64,000 nucleotides of DNA. Source: Syntrophales bacterium. GTDB lineage: Bacteria; Desulfobacterota; Syntrophia; Syntrophales; UBA5619. Both the position numbers and the translations under genes were made by a program. This document shows positions 25,858 to 35,494 of the stretch, in pieces (the stretch's first letter is position 1; every line of letters starts with the position of its first letter). A model generated the notes under the pieces. The model saw nothing but the letters and a program-made list of their open reading frames with translations. It was not told the DNA's origin and made no database searches. The DNA is taken from assembly GCA_030654195.1 (NCBI GenBank), contig JAURXV010000139.1:5295-69294 (forward strand), in the 5' to 3' direction.

Positions 25858-27006
25858 ATGGCTTTAGAATGGATGCCCAGAGAACATGGGAAAAAGGATC
25901 ACAGCAGGCACGGGTCTGATCACTGGGGGACAGAGGCGCCCTGCGTGGTTTATGAGAAGAAACCCCTTAAAGACCCCAAGGGCAATGTCGTTCCGGGGCT
26001 TTTTGTGGCATGGATCCGGCTGAACAACCCGGCCCAGTACAACTCCTACACCACCGAGATGGTGAAGGGTGTCATCGCCGGTTTCGAGAACTCCTCGACG
26101 GACCGCGAGGTGGTCGCCACGATCTTCACCGGCACGGGACCCTATGCTTTCTGCACCGGCGGGAATACCAAGGAGTACTCCGAATATTACAGCATGAGGC
26201 CCGAAGAATACGGTTCCTACATGGAGCTTTTCAACAACATGGTGGACGCCATTCTTATGTGCAAGAAACCCGTAATTTGCCGGGTCAACGGCATGAGGGT
26301 TGCCGGCGGGCAGGAAATCGGCCTTGCCTGTGACATCGCCATCTCCTCGGATCTGGCGATTTACGGCCAGGCAGGTCCGAGACACGGTTCAGCCCCCGTG
26401 GGCGGCGCCTCCGATTTTCTCCCCTGGTTCCTGACCGCTGAAGATGCCATGTGGAACTGCGTTTCCTGCGAAATGTGGTCCGCCTACAAAATGAAGGCGA
26501 AGAACCTGATCAGCAAGGTTGTGCCGGTCCTTAAAGACGACCAGGGCAACTGGGTACGGAACCCGCAGATTATCACCGACACCTACGTAAAAGACGGGGA
26601 GATCGTCTACGGCGAAAACAAGGCCGGTGAAGAGGCTAAACAGGCGAGGGCGTGGGTAAACGAGAAACTGAAGAAAAACGACTTTGACTTTTCCCGCCTC
26701 GATGCCGAAGTGGACAAGGTCGTGTGGACCTTCGCGAACCTCTTCCCGGGCTGCCTCATGAAGTCTATTGACGGCATCAGGCAGAAAAAGAAATCCTTCT
26801 GGGATGCCATGAAGAACGATCACCGGTACTGGCTGGCCACCAACATGATGGGCGAGGCCTTCCTCGGCTTCGGCGCCTTCAACACGAAGAAGATCACCGG
26901 CAAGGATACCATTGATTTCATTAAGAACCGTCAGCTCATTGCCGAAGGCGGGCTGGTTGACGAGGGGATGTTCGCTGACGTTCTCGGCACCCCGCTGCCG
27001 AAGTAG
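25858..27006 (+). CDS. bamA: 6-oxocyclohex-1-ene-1-carbonyl-CoA hydrolase (ring-cleaving; Oah/BamA)
   Basis: Crotonase-fold protein of about 380 aa with the long N-terminus typical of BamA (MALEWMPREHGKKDHSRHGSDHWGTEAPCVVYEKKP...). AGGAGG lies upstream of ATG 25858. It is flanked by had and dch. Confidence 0.88.
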   Translation: MALEWMPREHGKKDHSRHGSDHWGTEAPCVVYEKKPLKDPKGNVVPGLFVAWIRLNNPAQYNSYTTEMVKGVIAGFENSSTDREVVATIFTGTGPYAFCTGGNTKEYSEYYSMRPEEYGSYMELFNNMVDAILMCKKPVICRVNGMRVAGGQEIGLACDIAISSDLAIYGQAGPRHGSAPVGGASDFLPWFLTAEDAMWNCVSCEMWSAYKMKAKNLISKVVPVLKDDQGNWVRNPQIITDTYVKDGEIVYGENKAGEEAKQARAWVNEKLKKNDFDFSRLDAEVDKVVWTFANLFPGCLMKSIDGIRQKKKSFWDAMKNDHRYWLATNMMGEAFLGFGAFNTKKITGKDTIDFIKNRQLIAEGGLVDEGMFADVLGTPLPK

Positions 27007-27028
27007 TTCTTTTGTCAGACTTGTATCT

Positions 27029-27063
27029 ACAGGCAGACTGTTTCAGGCAGTCTGCCTGTTTTC
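27029..27063 (+). terminator. rho-independent terminator/attenuator after bamA
   Basis: ACAGGCAGACTG-tttcagg-CAGTCTGCCTGT is a 12-bp perfect stem followed by TTTT. Confidence 0.7.
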
Positions 27064-27142
27064 ACGGGAATGGCGTTAGCGAGGCAAACCTCGGGGAATG
27101 GACCCGAAGAGATTCAAACGCAAAACTTGAGGAGGGATGAGC

Positions 27143-27910
27143 ATGTCGTTTCGACACATCAAGACGGACCATGCAAACGGGCTGGCGCGGATTACCCTTG
27201 CCCGTCCCAAGCACAATGTACTCAACATCGAAATGATGAAGGAGCTGAACGCGGCCCTTTCATCCCTCGCAACGGATGCAGATCTGAAGTGCGTGGTCCT
27301 CTCCGGAGAGGGGCCAAGCTGGTGCGCCGGTGTCGATGTGGGAGAACATCGTCCCGAAGTGGTTGCGGAGATGATGAACGCCTTCAACGGCATCTTTGAA
27401 ACCATGGAAAAAACGGATGTGCCGCTGATCGCCGCGGTGCATGGCCCCTGCCTGGGAGGCGGCATGGAACTGGCCATTGCCTGCGATATCATCGTTGCCT
27501 CATCCAAAGCCACTTTTGGCCAGCCGGAAATACGCCTTGGATTTTTCCCTCCTTACGCGGCCATACGCCTTCCCGAGCTTGTAGGGCCTGCCAGGACCAT
27601 CGAGATTTGCGCAACAGGCAGGATATATTCCGCCGATGAGGCCAGGGCCATGGGTATGATCAGCCAAGTAGCCGGAGAGGAAGAGTTTGGCGAGGCCGTG
27701 GAGAGCGTCGCGGCCAGTCTGCTTCTGAGCAGCCCGCTCATTATCCGGCTCAGCAAAAGCGCCGTGAAAAGGCATATCGGCATGGCCTTTCCCCAAGCCC
27801 TGGCGGGGGTAACGGACCTGTTCCTCAACAGACTCATGAAAACAGAGGATACGACGGAGGGAATAAACAGCTTTTGTGAAAAACGCAAACCGGACTGGAA
27901 AAACAGATAG
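27143..27910 (+). CDS. bamR: cyclohexa-1,5-diene-1-carbonyl-CoA hydratase (enoyl-CoA hydratase family; Dch/BamR)
   Basis: Crotonase fold (ITLARPKHNVLNIEMMKELN...GEGPSWCAGVDVGEH...GGGMELAIACD). GGAGG lies 7 nt upstream of ATG 27143; an alternative ATG is at 27137. The specific function is inferred from context. Confidence 0.7.
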   Translation: MSFRHIKTDHANGLARITLARPKHNVLNIEMMKELNAALSSLATDADLKCVVLSGEGPSWCAGVDVGEHRPEVVAEMMNAFNGIFETMEKTDVPLIAAVHGPCLGGGMELAIACDIIVASSKATFGQPEIRLGFFPPYAAIRLPELVGPARTIEICATGRIYSADEARAMGMISQVAGEEEFGEAVESVAASLLLSSPLIIRLSKSAVKRHIGMAFPQALAGVTDLFLNRLMKTEDTTEGINSFCEKRKPDWKNR

Positions 27911-28043
27911 GTCCACCATAATACCCCGTTTATGAAAGGATGGCCGGGATGCGATATTTCTCCCTCATGGCGGCTTGTCGGGCATGAGGGTCTTTACCAT
28001 ATCGTCCTTACTTGCATATCGCGTAAGCATCGAAGGAGGCCAG

Positions 28044-30086
28044 ATGAGTAAAATCAGTAAGATTGGTGTTGTGGGCGCCGGCAATATGGGCAGCGGCATT
28101 GCTCAGAAGATCGCCCAGGAAGGCCTCGATGTCGTCATGGTGGATACCGGGGATGAATTGGTCAAGCGGGGCATGGACAATATCAAACAGCTGCTCCGGG
28201 AAGGGGTGGAAAGGAAGATCTTCCATCCGGACGACATAGGCCGCATCATGTCTCGCATCACCGGAACCACTGACCTTCAGGCGCTGGCGGATGCCGATTT
28301 GGTGATCGAAGCGGTCTTTGAGGACAAGGGAGTCAAGACCGAGCTCTTTAAACGGCTGGACAGCATCTGCATGGATAAAACCATTCTTGCCACCAATACA
28401 TCGAGTTTCTATGTCCGTGAATTTGCCGAGGCAACCTCGAGGCCGGACCGGGTCATCGGGCTCCATTATTTTTATCATCCCGCCAAAAACCGTCTGTTAG
28501 AGGTTATCCCCCAGGAAAAAACATCAGCAGAGACCATCGACCGCGCGCTGCTGGCGGCCAAGCTGCATGGAAAGACCGCCATCCTGGTGAAGGATACGCC
28601 CGGTTTTGCGGTCAATCGTTTCTTTGTCCCTTTCCTAAACGAAGCAGCCCGGATGCTGGAGGAAGGGCTGGCCGGCATCCCCACCATCGAGGAGGCAGCG
28701 AAGCGGGCTTTCCGGATCGGCATGGGGCCTTTTGAGCTGATGAATGTGACACGCCTCCCGATCACGTTCCATTCTACGGTCACCCTGGGCAACGAACTGG
28801 GCTCATTTTACGCGACCGCCGGGATCATGAAATCGCAAATGGGGAAAAAGGCCACCGACTGGGATCTTTCAGGCGAAGTGCAGGAAGAGAAGATCACCGC
28901 CGTGATGGATCGCTTTTACGGTGTCTGTCTCGGCGTAGCCGCCGCCCTGGTAGATGAAGGGGTGGCCACGATGGAGGATACCGACCGGGGAGCGAAGGTC
29001 GGCCTCCGATGGGCGCTTGGGCCCTTTGAGATCATGAACCGATTGGGCATTGAAAAAACCTTCGCGCTGGTCGAGAAAGTGGTCGAAAAATATCCCGGCT
29101 TCAAGATGCCGGGGCTGCTAACAAGGCAACGTCAGGCAGGCCGACCCTTTGCCTTTACTCTTGTCAACCTGGCCATCCATGAGGACATTGCCACCATTAC
29201 CATCAACCGCCCGGAGGCGATGAACGCATTGAATGAAGCCGTAGTGGAACAGTTGGCCGAACGGTTCTCTGAAGCGGATCAGAATCCCGGCGTGTCGGCC
29301 ATTGTTTTTCAGGGCGCCGGAAAGGCCTTCGTGGCCGGGGCGGATATCCGCTACTTTGTTGAAAAGATAAAGGCCGGAAAAATTGACGACATCGTGGCTT
29401 TTACCCGAAAGGGTCATCAGCTCTTCAGGCGGATTGAAGATTCAAATAAGCTGACCATCGCACTTCTGGACGGCCTTTCCATGGGCGGCGGAAGTGAACT
29501 CGCCCTGGCCTGCCAAGCCATTGTGGCCACGCCGGCAGGCTCTCTCTCCTTCCCGGAAACGGGCATCGGAATCTACCCGGGCCTCGGCGGCATGTTGCGG
29601 CTGGGGCGCCACCTGGGGCCGGAACTTGCCAAGTATTACACCTTCACCGGCGCCGCAATCACCGCCTCTGATGCGCAAGAGCTCGGTATGGTTACCCGCC
29701 TTGTCGACCCCTCCGCCGTGGAGGAGGCGATCCGGAACCTGATCGGAGAAGACAGGCCAGACAAGTATCGCCCGCGGCCGATTCCGAACAGATTTACCCT
29801 CTGGCAAACCCTGTTTGGCGCAGAAAACACGGCAATCCTCCTGGCGGCGAAAATCCCGCCGGGCGTTGATGAAGCGGTTGCGTCGAGAATTTTGAAAACC
29901 ATAGGCAACAAGGCGCCGCTGGCCTTGAAATTGATCAACCAGATCATTGACCGGCAGGCGAAAACCTCTCGAGACGAGGGAATCGAGATCGAGCTTGACC
30001 ACTTGGGGGCGATCTTTGCCACCGCAGATGCCTTGGAAGGCCTCTCTTCGCTGGGTCGAAAAAAGCCCGAATACAAGGGACTATAA
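28044..30086 (+). CDS. fused 3-hydroxyacyl-CoA dehydrogenase (N-terminal) / enoyl-CoA hydratase (C-terminal)
   Basis: GVVGAGNMGSGIAQ Rossmann motif and HADH C-domains, then a crotonase domain (ITINRPEAMNALN...GGGSELALAC). GGAGG lies upstream of ATG 28044. Confidence 0.9.
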   Translation: MSKISKIGVVGAGNMGSGIAQKIAQEGLDVVMVDTGDELVKRGMDNIKQLLREGVERKIFHPDDIGRIMSRITGTTDLQALADADLVIEAVFEDKGVKTELFKRLDSICMDKTILATNTSSFYVREFAEATSRPDRVIGLHYFYHPAKNRLLEVIPQEKTSAETIDRALLAAKLHGKTAILVKDTPGFAVNRFFVPFLNEAARMLEEGLAGIPTIEEAAKRAFRIGMGPFELMNVTRLPITFHSTVTLGNELGSFYATAGIMKSQMGKKATDWDLSGEVQEEKITAVMDRFYGVCLGVAAALVDEGVATMEDTDRGAKVGLRWALGPFEIMNRLGIEKTFALVEKVVEKYPGFKMPGLLTRQRQAGRPFAFTLVNLAIHEDIATITINRPEAMNALNEAVVEQLAERFSEADQNPGVSAIVFQGAGKAFVAGADIRYFVEKIKAGKIDDIVAFTRKGHQLFRRIEDSNKLTIALLDGLSMGGGSELALACQAIVATPAGSLSFPETGIGIYPGLGGMLRLGRHLGPELAKYYTFTGAAITASDAQELGMVTRLVDPSAVEEAIRNLIGEDRPDKYRPRPIPNRFTLWQTLFGAENTAILLAAKIPPGVDEAVASRILKTIGNKAPLALKLINQIIDRQAKTSRDEGIEIELDHLGAIFATADALEGLSSLGRKKPEYKGL

Positions 30087-30114
30087 AGGAGATTTTTAAT
30101 AGGGAGGAGTCACG

Positions 30115-31869
30115 TTGAAAGAACTCATGACAGGAAATGAAGCGCTGGCCTACGGCGCCTATCTCAGCGGCGTGCGGGTGGGGGCGGGCTACCCGGGAAC
30201 GCCCGGCACGCAGATCATGGAAAAATTTGCGTCTTTCCCCGGCGTGCGCGCCGAATGGGCGCCGAATGAAAAGGTGGCCCTGGATGTAGGCATCGGGGCG
30301 GCCTTCGCGGGAACGAGGGCCCTGGTTTCCATGAAACATGTGGGGCTCAATGTGGCAGCCGATTCGCTCTTCTATGCCGTTTATACCGGCTTGAACGCGG
30401 GGCTTTTGATTGCCTGCGCGGATGATCCGGGCATGCACAGTTCCCAGAATGAACAGGACAACCGGAACTACGCAAAATTCGCCCGTGCGCCCATGCTGGA
30501 GCCCTCCGACAGCGAAGAGGCCAAACAATTTGCCGCCACGGCCCTGGAAATAAGTGAGACCTTTGACACACCGGTAATCGTCCGCTTCGTAACCCGAACC
30601 TCCCATTCCTCTTCGGTGGTGGAAGTCGATCCTGCCGCGGTTCCCCCTCCCACGACGGAACACAAACCCTACAAGCGGGAAATCGGGAAATTTGTGATGG
30701 TGCCGGGAAATGCCAGACGTCGTCATCCGGTGGTGGAGGAACGGATTGGAAAGTTGCGGGAATACGCCGAGACCACCCCGCTGAACCGGATCGAACCGGG
30801 GAATGACGATTGGGGAATCGTGGCCTCCGGTGCGGTCTATCAGTATGCACGGGAGGTGTTCCCCGAGGCGACTTTTCTCCGTCTGGGCATGGTATACCCT
30901 CTGCCGGAGAAACTGATCCGGGAGTTTGCCGGCCGGGTGAAAAAAATCCTGGTCATTGAAGAGCTTGATCCTTTCTTTGAAGAGCAGTTCCGCTTGTTGG
31001 GCATTCCGGTTTCCGGCAAGGACGTTTTCCCGATCGTTGGCGAATTCAGCCCCTCACTGATCCGCCAGGCCGCCAGCAAGGCCGGCATTCTTCCGGCGGC
31101 GGTTTCCGGATTCTCCGCTGCGCCGGCGCTTGATATCCCTGTCCGGCCTCCGATCCTTTGTCCCGGCTGCGGCCACCGCGGCATGTTTACCGTCCTGAAG
31201 GAAGCCGGCGTGGTGGTCATGGGCGACATCGGTTGTTACACGCTGGGGGCGGCCTCGCCGCTCGAGGCGCTCCATTTCTGCGGTTGCATGGGCGCGAGCA
31301 TCGGCGTAGCCCACGGGATGGACAAGGGGGGCATTCCGGATCGTCTTGTGGCGGTCATTGGCGATTCCACGTTCTTCCACTCCGGCATACATCCATTGAT
31401 CAACACCCTTTACAACCAGGGGAAAACAACGACGATCATCGCGGACAACGGCACCACCAGCATGACGGGGCATCAAGATCATCCGGGAACCGGGCGTACC
31501 CTGCAGAAGCAACCGACCGTGAAGGTTGACTTAGAGAGAATGGTTCGAGGCCTTGGCTTCAATAAGGTTGACGTATGCGACCCCAATGAGATGGATGATT
31601 TCAGAAAAATACTGGAAGACCACCTGAAAAGCGACGAGGCCTCGGTGATCATTGCAAGGCGGCCTTGCGTTCTGCAGTCCAGGGAGAGAAGAACGCCCCC
31701 CCGGATCGATCCGGATCTTTGCACGAATTGCGGGACATGCCTTGAAATTGGCTGCCCGCCCCTCGTTCAGCAGGAGGATTGCGTGAGCATCAACGAAGCG
31801 ATGTGCACCGGCTGCGGCCTCTGTGTGCAGGTCTGTCCCGCCGAGGTAATCAGTCAGGAAGCAAAATAA
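30115..31869 (+). CDS. iorA: indolepyruvate/2-oxoacid:ferredoxin oxidoreductase alpha subunit (IorA-type, TPP + 2x[4Fe-4S])
   Basis: MTGNEALAYGAYLSGVRVGAGYPGTPGT, the TPP motif GDSTFFHSG, and C-terminal CTNCGTCLEIGCP / CTGCGLCVQVCP. Confidence 0.85.
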   Translation: MKELMTGNEALAYGAYLSGVRVGAGYPGTPGTQIMEKFASFPGVRAEWAPNEKVALDVGIGAAFAGTRALVSMKHVGLNVAADSLFYAVYTGLNAGLLIACADDPGMHSSQNEQDNRNYAKFARAPMLEPSDSEEAKQFAATALEISETFDTPVIVRFVTRTSHSSSVVEVDPAAVPPPTTEHKPYKREIGKFVMVPGNARRRHPVVEERIGKLREYAETTPLNRIEPGNDDWGIVASGAVYQYAREVFPEATFLRLGMVYPLPEKLIREFAGRVKKILVIEELDPFFEEQFRLLGIPVSGKDVFPIVGEFSPSLIRQAASKAGILPAAVSGFSAAPALDIPVRPPILCPGCGHRGMFTVLKEAGVVVMGDIGCYTLGAASPLEALHFCGCMGASIGVAHGMDKGGIPDRLVAVIGDSTFFHSGIHPLINTLYNQGKTTTIIADNGTTSMTGHQDHPGTGRTLQKQPTVKVDLERMVRGLGFNKVDVCDPNEMDDFRKILEDHLKSDEASVIIARRPCVLQSRERRTPPRIDPDLCTNCGTCLEIGCPPLVQQEDCVSINEAMCTGCGLCVQVCPAEVISQEAK

Positions 31870-31885
31870 TCCGTCCCATAGGAGA

Positions 31886-32479
31886 GTGAATGTGAAAAAA
31901 ATAGACTATTTGCTGGCCGGGGTTGGCGGCCAGGGAACCATTCTGGCGAGTAGAATCCTGGCAAGCGCCGGCCTGGAACTGGGTTATGATGTCAAGACCG
32001 CCGAGGTTCACGGCATGGCGCAGCGCGGCGGCAGCGTGGAGAGCCATGTACGCTGGGGGGAAAAGGTCTATTCACCGCTGGTGGAGCATGGCATGGCGGA
32101 TTACCTCATCGGTTTTGAAATGGTCGAGACCGCCCGCTGGCTCACTTATCTGAATAAAAACTCGGTAACGTTCATCAACCGTTTTCGTATTCCGCCGCTC
32201 CTTGTCACTCTGGGGAAAGCGCGGTACCCTTCGGAAAAAGAGATCGAGAATCTGCTGCAATCGAGAGGCGGTAAGGTTAAATGGCTGAGCGCCGACGACA
32301 TGGCCAAGGATGCGGGCAACCCGGCCATGGCGGGCGTGGTCTTGCTCGGCGCCCTGTCCAACCTGGTGGGCGGCGGCCAGGAGATCTGGCTGCAGGTGAT
32401 AAAGCGCCTGGTCCCGGCGCGATTCGTGGAAATGAACCAGAAGGCCTTTCTCGCGGGCAGCGGCGCCGGCCTGGGATAG
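31886..32479 (+). CDS. iorB: indolepyruvate/2-oxoacid:ferredoxin oxidoreductase beta subunit (IorB-type)
   Basis: LLAGVGGQGTILASRILA...EVHGMAQRGGSV is the POR gamma/IorB motif. The start may be GTG 31892 rather than 31886. Confidence 0.85.
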   Translation: MNVKKIDYLLAGVGGQGTILASRILASAGLELGYDVKTAEVHGMAQRGGSVESHVRWGEKVYSPLVEHGMADYLIGFEMVETARWLTYLNKNSVTFINRFRIPPLLVTLGKARYPSEKEIENLLQSRGGKVKWLSADDMAKDAGNPAMAGVVLLGALSNLVGGGQEIWLQVIKRLVPARFVEMNQKAFLAGSGAGLG

Positions 32480-32496
32480 CCGCTTTTCACCCCCAC

Positions 32497-32650
32497 CCCC
32501 GTATCAAGTACGGGGCAGGCTCTAACCCTCCCCCGTCAAGGGGGAGGGGAGCAAGGGGAGGGAGGCGCACCGGAACGCGGCCAAGGTGGTCGCTCTCATA
32601 ACCAGTGAATTTTCCCCTCCCCTGGCGGGAGGGGATCAAGGGGAGGGGAA
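32497..32650. repeat. cluster of C5/G5-rich palindromic repeats
   Basis: Hairpins CCCCGTA-tcaag-TACGGGG (32497-32515), CCCTCCCCC-gtcaa-GGGGGAGGG (32526-32548) and CCCCTCCC-ctggc-GGGAGGGG (32614-32634). The last two are each followed by a second GGGGAGGG copy. The third unit abuts the start codon at 32661. Confidence 0.7.
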
Positions 32651-32660
32651 GAGGCAAGAT

Positions 32661-33905
32661 ATGCCCGAGGAAAAAGAGAGACAGCAGACCGGTTTTCGCT
32701 CAACGGGGAAACTGAAGCAGCTCATGGCGGGCCATTTTCATGAGCTGGCCGATGCTTCAATGACCGGCGCCCGGAAGATTGCCTGGTGTACCAGTGTGGG
32801 ACCCGCCGAGCTGCTTCGGGGCATGGGTTTTCTGGTCTATTTCCCTGAGAATCACGCAGCCATGTTAGGGGCTACCCGGATGGCCACCGAGTTGATCCCC
32901 CACGCCAACGCCATAGGTTATTCACCCGATATCTGCTCTTACCTGACTTCGGACATCGGTTCTTTTCTGCGAAAAAAGACGCCGCTCACAGCAGCCTACC
33001 AGATTGCTTCCGTGCCGAGGCCGGATGTGCTCGTATTTAACACGAACCAATGCCGGGATGTGAAAGACTGGTTTGCCTGGTATGCCCGTGAATTCCAGGC
33101 GCCTTTATTGGGTATCCATACCCATCGAGAGCTGGGTGAAATCCGGGAGTATCAGGTCAGCGACATCGCCCGGCAGATGGAGGAGATGGTTCCCGCACTG
33201 GAGGAGGTGACGGGAGAGAAATTGCGCCGGGATCGCCTCGAGGAAGCGGTTTCGCTGTCGAGAGAGACTTCCCTGCTGTGGAAGGCCTGCCTGGAAATGA
33301 ACGCCTCCTTCCCCGCGCCGTGGACATTCTTCGATGCAACGATCCACATGGGCCCTGCCGTGGTCGCCCGCGGGACCGGGGAAAGCGTCGGGTATTATGA
33401 AGCGCTTTTAGAGGAACTCCGGGAGAGGGCCGCCGCCGGCATTGCCACGGTAGCGGGCGAAAAGCACCGATTATACTGGGATGGCATGCCCATCTGGGGG
33501 AAACTGAGGCCTCTCTCGGAGCAATTCAGCGCGCTGAACGCATCCGTGGTGGCATCCACATATTGCAACAGCTGGATTTTCGATCAGCTCGATCCGGCAG
33601 ACCCTTTCACAAGCATGGCCAGGGCTTATACGGAACTGTTTATCGTCCGGGATGAAGCTTACAAGGAACAGTACATCAGCCGTTCTCGCGATTTCTATAA
33701 ATTCGACGGCATCCTCTTTCATGATGCCAAAACCTGTCCCAATAATTCGAATAACCGTTACGGAATGCCGGAACGGCTGATGAAGCGGTTGGGCATTCCC
33801 ACATTGACCATCAACGGCGATCTTAACGATTTGCGGTGTTACTCCGAAGAGCAGGCCAGGACCAATATCGAAGCTTTTATGGAGCAGCTTGAGGAAGCGA
33901 CCTGA
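32661..33905 (+). CDS. 2-hydroxyacyl-CoA dehydratase / benzoyl-CoA reductase (BcrC/BadD/HgdB) family protein, single subunit
   Basis: 414 aa. KIAWCTSVGPAELLRGMGFLVYFPENHAAM is the characteristic start of the HGD-D family, and Cys residues are spread as in that family. No partner subunit is adjacent. Confidence 0.75.
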   Translation: MPEEKERQQTGFRSTGKLKQLMAGHFHELADASMTGARKIAWCTSVGPAELLRGMGFLVYFPENHAAMLGATRMATELIPHANAIGYSPDICSYLTSDIGSFLRKKTPLTAAYQIASVPRPDVLVFNTNQCRDVKDWFAWYAREFQAPLLGIHTHRELGEIREYQVSDIARQMEEMVPALEEVTGEKLRRDRLEEAVSLSRETSLLWKACLEMNASFPAPWTFFDATIHMGPAVVARGTGESVGYYEALLEELRERAAAGIATVAGEKHRLYWDGMPIWGKLRPLSEQFSALNASVVASTYCNSWIFDQLDPADPFTSMARAYTELFIVRDEAYKEQYISRSRDFYKFDGILFHDAKTCPNNSNNRYGMPERLMKRLGIPTLTINGDLNDLRCYSEEQARTNIEAFMEQLEEAT

Positions 33906-33971
33906 ATCCGCCGGGGCTTCCGCATAAAACGTTCAGCCGAATCGACCATTTTTTCTTGAGGAGGAGCTTAT

Positions 33972-35162
33972 ATGTTGACCAAGGCGTTCATCCCCTATCG
34001 CGGTTATTACAGCACCCCTTTCTCACGATGGCAGGGGGCGATGGCCAATGAGCATGCCATTGTGCTGGCTGCCGAGACCTCAAAACGGTTCCTGATGGAA
34101 AGGAAATGGGATGCGGGCATGTTTGACTATCTCATCCTGGGGATGACCATCGGCCAGCCGCAATGGTTTTACGGAAGTCCCTGGGCAGCGGCCATGATCG
34201 GCGCCGTCTCGATCCCGGGTATGCTCATCAGCCAGGCCTGTAACACTTCGGCAACCTGCATTTTTCAGGCCGGCGTCGGCGTGGAAACGGGCCTTTACCA
34301 GAATGTCTATGCCCTGATGACGGATCGCTGTTCCAACGGCCCCCATACCGTCTGGCCCAATCCCCAGGGGCCGGGCGGCCAGGTCATCTCGGAAAACTGG
34401 CTGATGGACAATTTCTCGCGAGACCCCTGGGCGAGGGGCTCCATGATCCAGACCGCGGAAAATGTGGCCAAGGAGACGGGCATCACCCGGGAAGAGTGCG
34501 ACCGGGTGAGCCTGAGGCGTTATGAACAATACCTGGATGCCCTTGCCGACGACCGGGCCTTTCAGCGGGGCTACCTCTTTCCGGTTGAGGTGAAGGCCGG
34601 GAAAAACAAGACCTTACGGGTGGAAAAGGACGAGGGCATCATGGAAACTACGGCCGCGGGGCTGGCCGGCCTGAAACCCGTTATTCCGGAGGGGGTCCAT
34701 ACCTTTGGTTCGCAGACCCATCCGGCGGACGGCAACGCCGCGGTCATCGTCACAACCAGGGAAAAGGCAAAGGAGTTGAGCGCCGATCCGGAGGTGGAGA
34801 TTCAGATCCTCTCCTATGGGTACGGCCGGGCAAAAAAAGGCTTTATGGCGATGGCAACCGCCCCCGCAGCCCGGATGGCGCTTGATCGGGCCGGGATCGC
34901 CGCAGACCAGGTGAAAACGGTGAAAACCCACAACCCGTTTGCCGCAAACGACCTCTATCTGGCCAAGGAGCTGGGGCTGGATATCAACGCGATGAACAAT
35001 TACGGCAGCACCATCGTTTATGGACATCCCCAGGCCCCCACCGCCGCGCGAAACATCATGGAGGGCATTGAAGAGACGGTGAAGCTGGGAGGAGGATATC
35101 TGCTGTGGGCCGGCTGCGCGGCGGGAGATACAGGGGCGGCGCTGGTCATTAAGGTCCGTTAG
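33972..35162 (+). CDS. thiolase-family acyl-CoA acetyltransferase
   Basis: Nucleophile region ISQACNTSATCI. C-terminal YGHP...GCAAGDTGAALVIKV is thiolase-like. Confidence 0.8.
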   Translation: MLTKAFIPYRGYYSTPFSRWQGAMANEHAIVLAAETSKRFLMERKWDAGMFDYLILGMTIGQPQWFYGSPWAAAMIGAVSIPGMLISQACNTSATCIFQAGVGVETGLYQNVYALMTDRCSNGPHTVWPNPQGPGGQVISENWLMDNFSRDPWARGSMIQTAENVAKETGITREECDRVSLRRYEQYLDALADDRAFQRGYLFPVEVKAGKNKTLRVEKDEGIMETTAAGLAGLKPVIPEGVHTFGSQTHPADGNAAVIVTTREKAKELSADPEVEIQILSYGYGRAKKGFMAMATAPAARMALDRAGIAADQVKTVKTHNPFAANDLYLAKELGLDINAMNNYGSTIVYGHPQAPTAARNIMEGIEETVKLGGGYLLWAGCAAGDTGAALVIKVR

Positions 35163-35295
35163 CCTAAACGCGGCGGCCAGGGTCTGTAGGGATTTTGGAG
35201 ATGTAACGATTCAGTCTCGAGGGGGGGTATTATAGAGACAAGGCAGAGGAGTGCAGAGAGCAAAGACTGATCTTTGTTGGAGATGCAATCTTCCC

Positions 35296-35324
35296 TTGAC
35301 TTGGCCATGAAACTTCAATATACA
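35296..35324 (+). promoter_or_regulatory. sigma70-like promoter of CoA ligase 1
   Basis: TTGACT-17 nt-TATACA, about 170 nt upstream of ATG 35495. Confidence 0.45.
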
Positions 35325-35494
35325 GACTCGGGAGCGCTTGGGATGATCGCCTTAAAAGAGGCAATCAGGGAACAGTGAGAGATACAACCCGACTTCCCTG
35401 CCGCCGCCGGTGAGGCGCTTGCAATCTTAGTCGACGACTCCGAAGCAACGCGCCGGAGTGGAAATGCTGATTATGTACCAGGAGGTTGTGCTCG

